Both the position numbers and the translations under genes were made by a program. DNA of 52,494 bases from the NCBI GenBank assembly GCA_022562795.1, contig JADFOP010000010.1, forward strand, positions 1 through 52,494, given 5' to 3'. Each line of letters begins with the position of its first letter. The first letter of the stretch is position 1. Below the pieces are notes generated by a model. That model was not told where the DNA came from, made no database searches, and saw only the letters and a list, made by a program, of their open reading frames with translations. Positions 1 through 9,371 of this stretch are shown here, in pieces. The stretch comes from Nitrospinota bacterium. Its GTDB lineage: Bacteria; JADFOP01.

Positions 1-886
1 TGTAGTTCTTTCGCAGGAAGGCACTGGCCGAACCACCGAGGTAATCAAAGCTCATCGAATCGTCAAATATGCCGGTGTGCACGTAAACCAGCTCACGCCC
101 TCCGAGCTGGGAGAGGAGATAACGAAAGACGGAGGGATCGTCAGGATGGCCTTCCATATTGACATAAGCGCCGGGTGAGAGGCGGATGCCGACACGATTG
201 CTTCCGGCTTTGGCCACGACCGCATCGACCACCTCAAGGGCGAAGCGAGCCATCCGTTCAGGGGACCCCCCGTAGGCGTCCGTGCGGCGGTTCGTGTGAT
301 GATGGAGAAACTGGTCGATCAGGTAGCCGTTTGCCCCGTGGATTTCCACACCGTCGAAGCCTGCCGTCAGTGCGTTGCCCGCGCCCTGCGCATATGCTTC
401 CACCAAGCCTGGGATTTCGCCGATGTCCAGGGCGCGAGGTGTTGCGTATTCAACATCGGCACGAGGAACCCGTCCGGTCAGAGGTACCGCGGAGGGGGCA
501 ATGGGCAGTTCGCCGTTGAGATAGATGGGGTGAGAGACCCGACCAACATGCCAAAGTTGCAAAAATATCTTGCCACCCCTTGCGTGTACCTGCTCCGTCA
601 CCTGGCGCCAACCTTCTATTTGGGCTTCGTTGTAAATCCCAGGGGTGTTAGGGTAACCTTGGCCATCAGGCCGGACGATGGTGGCTTCAGTGATGATGAG
701 GCCCGCATCCGCCCGACGGGCATAGTAGGCAGCCATTTCCGCCGTCGGTACTAGGGCATCGTCCGCCATGCTCCGGGTCATGGGCGCCATGGCGATTCGG
801 TTTTCCAGATTGAGCGAGCCAAGCTGCAATGGGGAAAACAGATTGGAGTAGACTTCGCTGGTCGTCGTTCCATTTGTTGCTGTCAT
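1..886 (-). CDS. nemA: Old Yellow Enzyme family alkene reductase (N-ethylmaleimide reductase-like), 3' end outside window
   Basis: Hand translation from ATG 886 (GGGAGG upstream): LFSPLQLGSLNLENRIAMAPMTRS...YYARRADAGLIITEAT...GYPNTPGIY...GGKIFLQLWHVGRVSHP, the OYE N-terminal signature. Absent from the ORF track because it runs off the edge. Confidence 0.92.
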   Translation of the reverse strand, partial: MTATNGTTTSEVYSNLFSPLQLGSLNLENRIAMAPMTRSMADDALVPTAEMAAYYARRADAGLIITEATIVRPDGQGYPNTPGIYNEAQIEGWRQVTEQVHARGGKIFLQLWHVGRVSHPIYLNGELPIAPSAVPLTGRVPRADVEYATPRALDIGEIPGLVEAYAQGAGNALTAGFDGVEIHGANGYLIDQFLHHHTNRRTDAYGGSPERMARFALEVVDAVVAKAGSNRVGIRLSPGAYVNMEGHPDDPSVFRYLLSQLGGRELVYVHTGIFDDSMSFDYLGGSASAFLRKNY

Positions 887-957
887 AGTCCCAGCCTCCC
901 TTCTTTACGCTGGAAGTTCTCGTTGGTGAGCTCTAGGGTCTTCGCGTGTTCTGGCAT
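883..957 (-). pseudogene. 24-aa ORF resembling a thioredoxin N-terminus (stub or coupled leader peptide)
   Basis: Strong RBS AAGGAG, then MPEHAKTLELTNENFQRKEGRLGL*. LELTNENFQ resembles thioredoxin beta1/alpha1. The stop overlaps the nemA start (ATGA). Confidence 0.45.
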
Positions 958-986
958 GATGTTGTTCTCCTTTCTGTTCAGGGCGA

Positions 987-1187
987 TCATGGATGCCGCA
1001 AAATTTGTGAAAATTTCTGGACGGTTATGACGAGACCGCATAGGTAACAAGAGCCCGAAAGGTCGTGAATGAAGGAAATTAGCAGGGTACTAGGCCTGAT
1101 GAAGGAGCTTCCCGCTTGCACGAAAATCCCTTGGCCAACTCCCAGGCGGAAGTTCTTCCGGTCCGTTGTTGAAGCTTTCTCTATCAT
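987..1187 (-). pseudogene. Truncated N-terminus of an MFS-type transporter
   Basis: MIEKASTTDRKNFRLGVGQGIFVQAGSSFIRPSTLLISFIHDLSGS..LCGLV resembles MFS TM1-TM2 (RNFxLG..NG.F...F..P.T.L..F...L.GS..L.GL); ends after 66 aa. Confidence 0.45.
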
Positions 1188-1231
1188 CGCAGGGGTTCCT
1201 TGCTGGATATTCCTCTGTATATCCCTACATG

Positions 1232-1253
1232 TTTTATCAACCGGTTGGTAAAA
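1232..1253. promoter_or_regulatory. Putative TetR operator upstream of the nemA operon
   Basis: TTTTATCAACCGGTTGGTAAAA; near-perfect palindrome extending to 1229-1256, matching the site at 1874-1895. Confidence 0.75.
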
Positions 1254-1270
1254 CATCCGGTTAAAAAAAC

Positions 1271-1858
1271 CTACACCTGGTAGCCTTCCAAAAGATGCAC
1301 CAAGTGGGACTCCGCATGGGCTAGCACCTCGGGGTCCCGTTTGGTCTTGGCCAGGAGAATCGCCCCTTCGAGCGCGGAAACGATGAAGGACGCTGTAGCA
1401 CGAGGGTCCATCGTTTCCCGGTACACTCCCGTCTCAAGACCGCGCTTAAGCACTCCCTCAATCACGCTCTCCCATGCCTCAAAGAAGTGAGTCAAGCGGG
1501 TGCGGAAATCCTCGTCCACATCGGCCATCTCCAAGGCCAGATTCCCCAGAGGGCAGCCGCCAGCACAGTAACTCTCTTCCATATGCCCCCGGATGAGCTG
1601 CAGGTAGTCTCGAAGTTGCTCCGTCGGGTGGCGGTCGTCGTTGAACCTCGGGGCAAGAATGTGGTTGATGGCGTAGGTGGCCATCCGGTCCAGCAGCTCC
1701 AGCCCTAGCGCTTCTTTGGTCGGAAAATAATAGAAGACATTGGCCTTCTTGACGCTAGCGGCCTTAGCGATGGCGTCTACGCTCGTGGCCCTGAAGCCGT
1801 TGGTGTGGATCAGCTGCTGGGCTTCTGCCAGGATTTTCTCTTTGGTGCCGGTGGTCAT
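1271..1858 (-). CDS. TetR/AcrR family repressor, NemR-like
   Basis: N-terminal HTH (GFRATSVDAIAKAASVKKANVFYYFPTKE) and GCPLGNLALEM C-terminal motif. Start placed at ATG 1858 (GAGGG RBS); the ORF track start is 1882. Confidence 0.9.
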   Translation of the reverse strand: MTTGTKEKILAEAQQLIHTNGFRATSVDAIAKAASVKKANVFYYFPTKEALGLELLDRMATYAINHILAPRFNDDRHPTEQLRDYLQLIRGHMEESYCAGGCPLGNLALEMADVDEDFRTRLTHFFEAWESVIEGVLKRGLETGVYRETMDPRATASFIVSALEGAILLAKTKRDPEVLAHAESHLVHLLEGYQV

Positions 1859-1873
1859 TTGCTGAGCCCTCGT

Positions 1874-1920
1874 TTTTACCATCTGAATGGTAAAATAACA
1901 CCTTGGACGAAAATTGTCAA
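1874..1920 (-). promoter_or_regulatory. sigma70 promoter of the tetR gene with overlapping palindromic operator
   Basis: Minus strand TTGACA(1920-1915)-17 bp-TATTTT(1897-1892). Palindrome TTTTACCATCTGAATGGTAAAA at 1874-1895. Confidence 0.75.
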
Positions 1921-2058
1921 GGGGAAAAATGAAAAAAATTACTGCCGTTTATATTTCAATGGATTACATGGGAGGCGAGGGGGCATAGAAAGGAAATGGA
2001 CACATTAGAAGTGCACTATATCCTTGCGAGGTTAAGGCTTGGTCCGCCCTATTGCCCC

Positions 2059-3468
2059 TCAGGCATCCATTCCCATAAAGAGATTGTTTAAAGACTCCGC
2101 TAAGGTTGGATGAGCGAAGACGCCGTCACGAATGCGAGTGTACGGCACGTTGCCCATCATCGCCATCTGTATGACAGACATGACCTCGCCCCCCTCTACC
2201 CCTAGAACCGCGCATCCTAGAATTTGGTCCGTCTCGGCGTCTACGACCGCCTTCATAAACCCCCTGGTTTCATCAAATTCCAGCGCCTTTGCCACATGAC
2301 TCATCGGAAGCTTGGCCACACGGATGCTAAGGCCTTGCTTCCGGGCTTCCGTCTCGCTCAATCCCACCCGGCCCAGTTGCGGGTCTATAAAAACCGTGTA
2401 TGGAACGAGCCGACCGTTAACGGTCGCATCGCCTCCTTCGAGAATATTCGCTCGCACGATACGGTAATCATCATAGGAAATGTGGGTGAACGCCGGGCCG
2501 CCATTGACATCCCCCAGGGCATAGACTCCCGATACGGTCGTTTCCAACCGTTCGTTGGCCTTAATAAACCCTCTTGCGTCGGTTTCGATTCCGGCGGCTT
2601 CGAGGTTCAACCCTTCTGTATTGGGGGCCCGGCCTACCCCAACGAGCAGGTGCGAGCCCAGCACCTTCGTTCGCTCAGATGGCGTTTGAAATTCGAGCTC
2701 AACCCCCCCGTTGTCTGAACCCGCCCGAGCGCTGAGAACCTCGGCGTTCAAGTGCACCTCAATTCCGTCTTCATTGAGGATTTTTCGCACTTCCTCTGCG
2801 ACATCCGGGTCCTCACGGCTAAGCAACTGCTCCCCTTGCTGAATAATCGTCACCTTACTTCCAAACCGACGGAACATCTGTCCGAACTCCAACCCGATGT
2901 AGCCTCCCCCCATAACCAGTAAATGCTCGGGCAGCGTGTCCATTTCCATAATGGTGGAGGAATCCAGGAACGGGACCTCGTCCAACCCCGGGATAGCCGG
3001 AACTACCGGTCTCGCTCCTGTATTAATGAAAATCTTCTCCGCAGAGAGCCTACGGTTCCCACCGTTGTTTAATTGAACCTCGACGGCATGCGAATCGACG
3101 AAGGAAGCCTTTCCAAAAATCAGCTCCAGATTATCCGTCCTTTCAAGACCTCGTTGCGACCCGCCTCGAAACATCTCCACTATGTTTTGTTTGCGCTCGC
3201 GAACTCGCGCCATATCGACCGACACGTCACCCGTATTTACGCCATACTCCGCCGCGCGCCGTGCTAAATAGGCAACGCGTGCACTGGCGACCATCGTCTT
3301 CGTCGGCGTACAGCCGACGTTTATGCACGACCCGCCGACGTGTCCGCTCTCAACAACCGCCGTTTTCCATCCGGCATTGGCCAGGGCCGTCGCTAGCGGT
3401 TTCCCAGCTTGCCCTGTGCCGATAATAACCGCCTTGCATTCCTCAAAAGTCTCGCTTAAAGGGCTCAT
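2059..3468 (-). CDS. Pyridine nucleotide-disulfide oxidoreductase, RclA/MerA-like
   Basis: GTGQAG FAD motif, redox-active [24 protein letters not shown](P) motif, C-terminal HPTLAE; no C-terminal CC pair. Confidence 0.88.
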   Translation of the reverse strand: MSPLSETFEECKAVIIGTGQAGKPLATALANAGWKTAVVESGHVGGSCINVGCTPTKTMVASARVAYLARRAAEYGVNTGDVSVDMARVRERKQNIVEMFRGGSQRGLERTDNLELIFGKASFVDSHAVEVQLNNGGNRRLSAEKIFINTGARPVVPAIPGLDEVPFLDSSTIMEMDTLPEHLLVMGGGYIGLEFGQMFRRFGSKVTIIQQGEQLLSREDPDVAEEVRKILNEDGIEVHLNAEVLSARAGSDNGGVELEFQTPSERTKVLGSHLLVGVGRAPNTEGLNLEAAGIETDARGFIKANERLETTVSGVYALGDVNGGPAFTHISYDDYRIVRANILEGGDATVNGRLVPYTVFIDPQLGRVGLSETEARKQGLSIRVAKLPMSHVAKALEFDETRGFMKAVVDAETDQILGCAVLGVEGGEVMSVIQMAMMGNVPYTRIRDGVFAHPTLAESLNNLFMGMDA

Positions 3469-3832
3469 GAGAAATCCTCCAGCGCCCGCATCCGAAGGTC
3501 AGAACGGGCAATTACTTTGGCTAAATGAAAGCGTAGGCAAGAAAGATGCGTTGTTAAGAACTATATCCATTGGAACTGAACGGCGCAACGACTTTCGTTC
3601 TCCAACGATAAATCGTCGCGGCAAAACAGCCCCCTCGTGAGCTTGCACCAGTCACGATAGCTACAACCCCTCCCTCGTCGCCAGGGCTCGCACTTCCGCC
3701 CTCAGCGGGCCTCATCGAGGAAGCCGCGGGCGTGGAGATTCAAATATAAGGTTGTCGAGGGAAAGAAAATATGGGTGTGGAAAGGAAGGCTGGGAGGCTA
3801 GAGAGTGTGGCGCTGGAAACTTAAGCTTACCG

Positions 3833-4648
3833 TTATACCCTTTGGACCTGCGGTTCCAAGAATAGGGGTTCCGGGAGGCGTTGGGACATGAGGGAGCTAA
3901 ATATCTCTCTGCTGGGAGTATACTCCCCACCGATGGTTTGAAGGAGGGAGAGGGTTTCGGCGACATCTCCGACCTGGGCGGCGTCGAGCATGGCATCGAG
4001 GGTCTCGATAAGCCCCTCTTCCCACCCGTTGCCCCTAACGACTAAAATCTTCTCATGCTCCGTCGGATCCATCCCCTCCCCGTCAACCAACAGCTCTTCG
4101 TAGAGCTTCTCTCCGGGGCGAAGGCCCGTGAACTCGATATCGATATCCTTGCCCGGTTCCAGCCCGGAGAGCCTGATCATGTTCATAGCCAAATCAAGTA
4201 TCTTTACGGGCTCCCCCATGTCCAAGAGGAATAGTTCCTTCCCCCTCCCCATGCTCCCGGCCTGCAGGACCAGGCCTGTCGCCTCGGGGATGGTCATGAA
4301 GTAGCGGGCCACCTCCGGGTGGGTCACCGTTAGGGGCCCCCCCTCGGAAATTTGCTTCTCGAATATCGGGACGACGCTCCCCGAGCTCCAGAGCACGTTG
4401 CCGAAGCGAACAGCGATAAAGGCCGTTCCATTGGGCTCGATGGCGTGAAAGACCCGCTCGGCGGCTCGTTTGGTCGCGCCCATCACGCTCGTAGGCCGGA
4501 CCGCCTTGTCGGTAGAGATCAATACGAACTTCCTGGCACCGTATCTGGCGGCCACCTCGGCAGCCACACGCGTCCCCAACACATTGTTTTTCACTGCCTC
4601 CAGGGGGTTCATCTCCATCATCGGCACGTGCTTGTAGGCGGCGGCGTG
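3833..4648 (-). pseudogene. 5'-truncated nucleoside-diphosphate sugar epimerase/dehydratase (CapD/PglF/WbpM family)
   Basis: Homology begins abruptly at HAAAYKHVPMME and continues ISTDKAV, MGATKR, VRFGNVL, GLRPGEKLYEEL. The NAD-binding GxxGxxG and N-terminal domains are missing, with an in-frame stop just upstream. Confidence 0.8.
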
Positions 4649-4932
4649 ATTTCCGCCGCGCCCGTATCGGTCTTGATCTCATCCCCTTTAAATAGAGGGT
4701 GGTTGAGCTCAGTGACCTGACGCCACTCCCCCGTGGAAGGGCTCACCTGGCTTCGGACCATGACCGTCCCTTCAACCTTGGTGATAGTAGCGTAAGGCAT
4801 CTGCTGAGCCAGGGCGCTAGGAGGGAGAGAGAGAAGGTGCAAACAGACAAAAACAGCTAAGCCTATAGCGCCAGCGATTGGGGATTGAAATCTAATTATG
4901 GCTCTTTTCGATTGGGAGGTAAAAGAGCGCAT
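4618..4932 (-). pseudogene. 3'-truncated secreted FecR-domain protein
   Basis: Signal peptide ending ALA-QQ, then ATITKVEGTVMVR...W....L..GDEIKT..GAAEI, a typical FecR-domain start; runs out of frame into the capD fragment. Confidence 0.65.
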
Positions 4933-5023
4933 CTCACATCTCCTTCAGCAGAGATAACCGTTCAGTTCGATAAATCACAAGGAACCAGTTCCTACTGCTT
5001 CCTCTGTTCAACGCAACTCAATA

Positions 5024-5039
5024 AGCAATACTCGTGCCA
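5024..5039 (-). promoter_or_regulatory. sigma54 (-24/-12) promoter
   Basis: TGGCACGAGTATTGCT, consensus match with correct spacing, upstream of the FecR-domain gene. Confidence 0.85.
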
Positions 5040-5094
5040 TCTCGTAACTCTATCAATATCAAGCGTATTCTCCCTTTTGAATATGCTAATTATG

Positions 5095-5129
5095 CGTCAA
5101 ATACGCGCCGCCGTGTCAAATTGATGACA
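5095..5129. promoter_or_regulatory. Putative enhancer-binding protein sites (UAS)
   Basis: TGTCAAATTGATGACA (5114-5129) plus degenerate CGTCAAATACGCGCCG (5095-5110), upstream of the sigma54 site. Confidence 0.5.
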
Positions 5130-5445
5130 GAACTTTGCGATGGTTATTTTAGGATCCAAGCATTCCGTGGAGAAGAATTTGCGTGGGGGTGACTTATCGT
5201 AAACACAAGTCGGAACCCCAGGTTTTTCGAGTGAAGCAGGGATTGAGAGTCACTAAGTATCTAAGAAATATACCTTTTAATTATAGATGGATACACAATT
5301 TTTGTTAAAGTGTTACTTAAAATAATGGTCGGAGCCATATTGGGCAGAGAGTTTATGCCCAGTCTCGGCTAGTCGTCTTTTAATGGCGTCGTTGCGTGCC
5401 AGGAAAAAGACTGTTACGATATAAGAGCTTGGGAGGAAAATCACT

Positions 5446-6402
5446 GTGGAGTATAGGTCGCTCGGCCAGTCGGATCTTGCCATTTCAATCCAGGGTTTTG
5501 GCTGTTGGGCTATGGGGGGCAAAGGGTGGGGACCTGTTAATGACGAAGAATCCATCGCGGCCGTCCATCGAGCCAGGGACCTCGGTGTCAACTTCTTTGA
5601 TACGGCCGACGCCTACGGATTCGGCCACTCCGAAGAGATCCTGGCCAAGGCGCTGGGAAAAGACCGCAACGGGCTCGTGGTAGCCACCAAGGGCGGCCTG
5701 GCTTGGGATGAACGGGGCCGTATACGCCACGATTGCAGCCCCTCTCACTTACAGATGGCCCTCGGGGATAGCTTAAGGCGGCTCAGGGTTGAGCGCATCG
5801 ATCTTTATCAGATCCACTGGCCTGATCCTTTCGTATCCGTGGAGGAGACCATAGGATGGGCCTTTGACCAAGTGGAGGCGGGATATATCCATGCCGTCGG
5901 GGTCTCCAACTACGATGTGGACCAAATGAAGCGCGCTCTGGCCGTAGGCCCGATCGTAAGCCTCCAGCCGCCTTACAGCCTCCTTGAGCGTCAAATTGAG
6001 GAGGCCACCCTCCCCTTCTGCCGCGATGCGGCAATCGGTGTGGTCTGCTACAGCCCTTTGGCCATGGGGTTGCTCACAGGGAAATTCGGTCCAGACAGCA
6101 CCTTCACCGGCTGGAGGGCCACCTATGAGAGTTTCCAGGGAGAACGGTATCGGGCCAACCTTCGGGTGGTCGAAGCCCTGAGGCCCTTGGCGGAGAAGCG
6201 GAGCCTCACCGTCGGTCAACTCGCCCTCGCCTGGGTCATGAGGCAGCCAGGGGTTTCCAGCGCCATTGTTGGGGCTAAACGCCCCGAGCAGGTCGAAGAA
6301 AACGTGGGGGCCGTGGAGACGAAGCTCGACGAGGCGGAGAGCGCCGCCATCGTTGATATCGTGAACCATGAGCTCTCCTCCTTGGGAGAAGGAGGCCGAT
6401 GA
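5446..6402 (+). CDS. Aldo/keto reductase
   Basis: GFGCWAMGG, FFDTADAYGFGHSE, ATKGG, IDLYQIHWPD, GVSNY, YSPLAMGLLTGK, IVGAKRPEQVEEN. Confidence 0.95.
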   Translation: MEYRSLGQSDLAISIQGFGCWAMGGKGWGPVNDEESIAAVHRARDLGVNFFDTADAYGFGHSEEILAKALGKDRNGLVVATKGGLAWDERGRIRHDCSPSHLQMALGDSLRRLRVERIDLYQIHWPDPFVSVEETIGWAFDQVEAGYIHAVGVSNYDVDQMKRALAVGPIVSLQPPYSLLERQIEEATLPFCRDAAIGVVCYSPLAMGLLTGKFGPDSTFTGWRATYESFQGERYRANLRVVEALRPLAEKRSLTVGQLALAWVMRQPGVSSAIVGAKRPEQVEENVGAVETKLDEAESAAIVDIVNHELSSLGEGGR

Positions 6403-7088
6403 AGTGGAAGGAGCGGACCTCTACGATGATAGAAGCGATCATTTTTGACATGGACGGGTTGATGGTCAACAGCGAGGAGCTTTGGGAAGAAACCGAACGG
6501 CTCTACTTCGAAAGCAAGGGCCATACTTACAGCAGCGAGTTCGACGGCCTTCTCATGGGACGCAAGAAGGAGGAGAGCGCAGCTGTCATCAAAGAGCGGC
6601 TTGGGTTGGAAGACTCCATTCAGGCGATTATCGCCGAGCGCTACGACATTATACGAAAGCTCTGCCACGAACGATTGGAGCTTATGCCCGGGTTTTCGGC
6701 GCTGTTAGAATCCCTCGTGGAGCGCCAAGTGCCAATCGCCCTTGCTTCGTCTTCCCCGATGGACCAGATCCACTTCGTCTTAAACCGGTTTGACCTATAC
6801 CGTCATTTCCCCATCATTGTCTCCGGAGACATGGTCTCCCGTGGTAAACCCGCTCCCGATATTTATCTCATGACTGCCGAGCTGCTCGTTAAAGAGCCTT
6901 CGGTTTGCCTGGCCCTGGAGGACACCATCAACGGGGCCCGCGCAGCGAAGGCTGCCGGCATGATCTGCCTCGCGGTCCCAGACATGCGTCAGAGGGGGCT
7001 CGATTTCTCCATGGCCGACGCCGAATTTGCAAGCCTTACGGAGCTCGACGCCGACACTATCCTATCGTTCCAGCCCACGGCGAGGTGA
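6399..7088 (+). CDS. HAD-superfamily phosphatase (beta-PGM/HdhD1-like)
   Basis: FDMDGLMVNSE, ASSS, GKPAPDIY, LEDTINGARAA motifs; alternative start 6426. Confidence 0.92.
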   Translation: MKWKERTSTMIEAIIFDMDGLMVNSEELWEETERLYFESKGHTYSSEFDGLLMGRKKEESAAVIKERLGLEDSIQAIIAERYDIIRKLCHERLELMPGFSALLESLVERQVPIALASSSPMDQIHFVLNRFDLYRHFPIIVSGDMVSRGKPAPDIYLMTAELLVKEPSVCLALEDTINGARAAKAAGMICLAVPDMRQRGLDFSMADAEFASLTELDADTILSFQPTAR

Positions 7089-7089
7089 C

Positions 7090-7620
7090 GTGATTACGGA
7101 CAAACCCTTACGCTATTGTCCCTACTGCGGATCCTCCCTGAGACGAAGCCTTCTCCCCGGTGACCCGCGAGCCCGCCTCGTCTGCTCTTCCTGCGACGCC
7201 ATCATATATGAGAACCCCCGGCCCGTGGTGGCTGCCGTTATAGAGGAAGGCGGCAAGGTGCTCCTCGCCCGTAGGGCAAAGGGGGCCCGCGCGGGGAGGT
7301 GGGATTTGCCCGGAGGGTTCGTGGAATTGGACGAAACAGCTGAGGAAGCCCTGGCCCGAGAGGTCCGAGAGGAGGTGGGCTGTGAAATTCGCCTCCACGA
7401 GGTGCTAGGAGTGTTCCGCGAGGCGGCAGGCACCTACGGACCCTCCCTCAATATCCACATCAGGGCTTCACCACTGGGCGAGCCTCACCCGACGGACGAG
7501 GTGAGCGAAGTCGGCTGGTTCGGCCCGGACGAACTGCCTCCAGCGGAGGAGTTCGCATTTGAGAACGACATCGCGGCCCTAGAGCGCTGGAAGGCCCTTC
7601 CCCCCCTGGAGGAGCCTTAG
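7090..7620 (+). CDS. Nudix hydrolase with N-terminal zinc ribbon
   Basis: CPYCG...CSSC and Nudix box GGFVELDETAEEALAREVREEVG; GTG start at 7090 after GAGG. Confidence 0.9.
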   Translation: MITDKPLRYCPYCGSSLRRSLLPGDPRARLVCSSCDAIIYENPRPVVAAVIEEGGKVLLARRAKGARAGRWDLPGGFVELDETAEEALAREVREEVGCEIRLHEVLGVFREAAGTYGPSLNIHIRASPLGEPHPTDEVSEVGWFGPDELPPAEEFAFENDIAALERWKALPPLEEP

Positions 7621-9371
7621 GCCTGTGTGGCGGTTCGCCGCAGAATCTCCTTGTTGTAAGCCTCGATTACGTCTTTGCGCCGAACCATCGCTATGACCCG
7701 TGAGGGCTCCTCGGGGCTCACGACAGGGATTTCCTCGATGTTTTTCTGGCCGAACTTCTGAAATACCAAGTCCAAGTCGTCTTCAGGCGTAACTGTGATG
7801 AGCCCATCGGTGGTGGCGATGTCTCTGGCCACTATGAGCGGTCCCAGAGCGGCGACGTCCTCCATGAGAACCATCCGGAGGTCTTGAAGGCTGAAGATGC
7901 CCGTCATATTGCCCTTACCGTCCACCACGGGGAAGTAGGAACAGGGGCTGCTGAGGGCTTCCTCCAATAGGGTCGACAAGGGGGTACCCTCGTAGAAAGT
8001 GTGCATCCGATCGGTCATGACCTCGTTTACCCGGAGGGCTTTCATCACGCTGACCTCTCGGCCCGCTACGATGGACAGCCCCCGGCGGGCGATCTTCAGG
8101 GTGTAGATGCTCTCACGGCTGAGGGAGGTCGTAACGATGGTGGCGATAATGCAAGCGACCATGAGAGGAAGGATGATGGTGTAAGAGCCCGTCATCTCGA
8201 AGACGATGATGATGGCGGTGATGGGGGCGTGGGTGGTAGCGGCCACCACCGCCCCCATGCCCACCAGCGCGTAGGCCCCTGAGGTGGCCGTTATGGAGGG
8301 AAAGAGGCGATGGACCAAGGTACCGACGGCCCCGCCCGTCATGGCTCCTATGAAGAGGGAGGGGGCGAAGATGCCGCCCGACTGGCCCGAGCCGATGGTG
8401 AGGGATGTGGCCAGCACCTTGATGAAGACGAGGGTCAGTAACAGCAGGAAGGGAGCCTGCTCCCGGAGGGACAGGGTGATGGTCTCGTAGCCAACCCCGT
8501 AGATGTGGGGGAAGGCCAGGGCTATCGCGCCGATGAGCAGCCCCCCGATGGCGGGTCGAGCCGCCTCGGGCAGAGGCGAGGCATCGAAGAGGTCCTCGCA
8601 TCGGTAAAGGAGATAGATGAAGAGGTAGGCCACCAGGCCGGCCGCAAGGCCAAGGATGAGATAGGGGAGCAGCTCGAAGGCATGGACGAGACGGTAGGGG
8701 GGCGCCTGTAAGGCGGGAAAGTCTCCGAGGAAGTGGCGGCTTACGACGGTGGCGACAACACTGGAGATGACGATGGGGCTGAAGCGGGCCAGAGCGAAGT
8801 CGCCGAGGATAATCTCCACGCTGAACATAGCTCCGGCGATGGGGGCATTGAAGGTGGCAGCGATGCCCGCAGCAGCCCCGCAGCCGACGAAGGTACGCAT
8901 CCGCTCGCCGCTGACCTTGAGGAGCTGGCCCAGGGTCGATCCGATGGCCGATCCGATCTGGACGATGGGTCCCTCGCGGCCCACGCTGCCCCCGCAGCCG
9001 ATGGTCAGAGCGCTGACTAGGGCCTTTACCCCTACGACCCGCGGCCGAATGACCCCTCCTCGCATGACTACCGCCTCCATGACCTCTGGCACCCCGTGGC
9101 CCTTGGCCTCTCGGGCGAAGAAGTAAATGATGGGGCCAACGACCGCCCCCCCAATGGCGGGAGCCAGGAGCTTGTGGTACCAGGGAAGGGCCCAGACGAA
9201 CTCGAGAAGGTTTAAGCCGGGTCCGAAGAAGAGGCGCTGAAAGAGGCGTATGAGGAAGCGGAAGCCAACAGCTCCCAGGCCGCCCAGAACTCCTATGACC
9301 ACGCCACATAAGACCATTACCGTATGTTCGGTGAAGCGGGTTCGGACAAGGAGGCGGTCGAAACGGGGCAT
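7617..9371 (-). CDS. ClC-family chloride channel/antiporter with C-terminal CBS pair
   Basis: GHGVPEV, GREGP, FNAPIAG, GGIFAPSL motifs, many TM helices, two CBS domains. Confidence 0.93.
   Translation of the reverse strand: MPRFDRLLVRTRFTEHTVMVLCGVVIGVLGGLGAVGFRFLIRLFQRLFFGPGLNLLEFVWALPWYHKLLAPAIGGAVVGPIIYFFAREAKGHGVPEVMEAVVMRGGVIRPRVVGVKALVSALTIGCGGSVGREGPIVQIGSAIGSTLGQLLKVSGERMRTFVGCGAAAGIAATFNAPIAGAMFSVEIILGDFALARFSPIVISSVVATVVSRHFLGDFPALQAPPYRLVHAFELLPYLILGLAAGLVAYLFIYLLYRCEDLFDASPLPEAARPAIGGLLIGAIALAFPHIYGVGYETITLSLREQAPFLLLLTLVFIKVLATSLTIGSGQSGGIFAPSLFIGAMTGGAVGTLVHRLFPSITATSGAYALVGMGAVVAATTHAPITAIIIVFEMTGSYTIILPLMVACIIATIVTTSLSRESIYTLKIARRGLSIVAGREVSVMKALRVNEVMTDRMHTFYEGTPLSTLLEEALSSPCSYFPVVDGKGNMTGIFSLQDLRMVLMEDVAALGPLIVARDIATTDGLITVTPEDDLDLVFQKFGQKNIEEIPVVSPEEPSRVIAMVRRKDVIEAYNKEILRRTATQA

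Noticed and set aside
2059-3468. Mercuric reductase merA
   Set aside because: No N-terminal NmerA domain, no C-terminal vicinal cysteines and no mer operon genes.
3584-3620. Imperfect hairpin upstream of the RclA-like gene
   Set aside because: Single stem with no recognisable riboswitch or terminator features.
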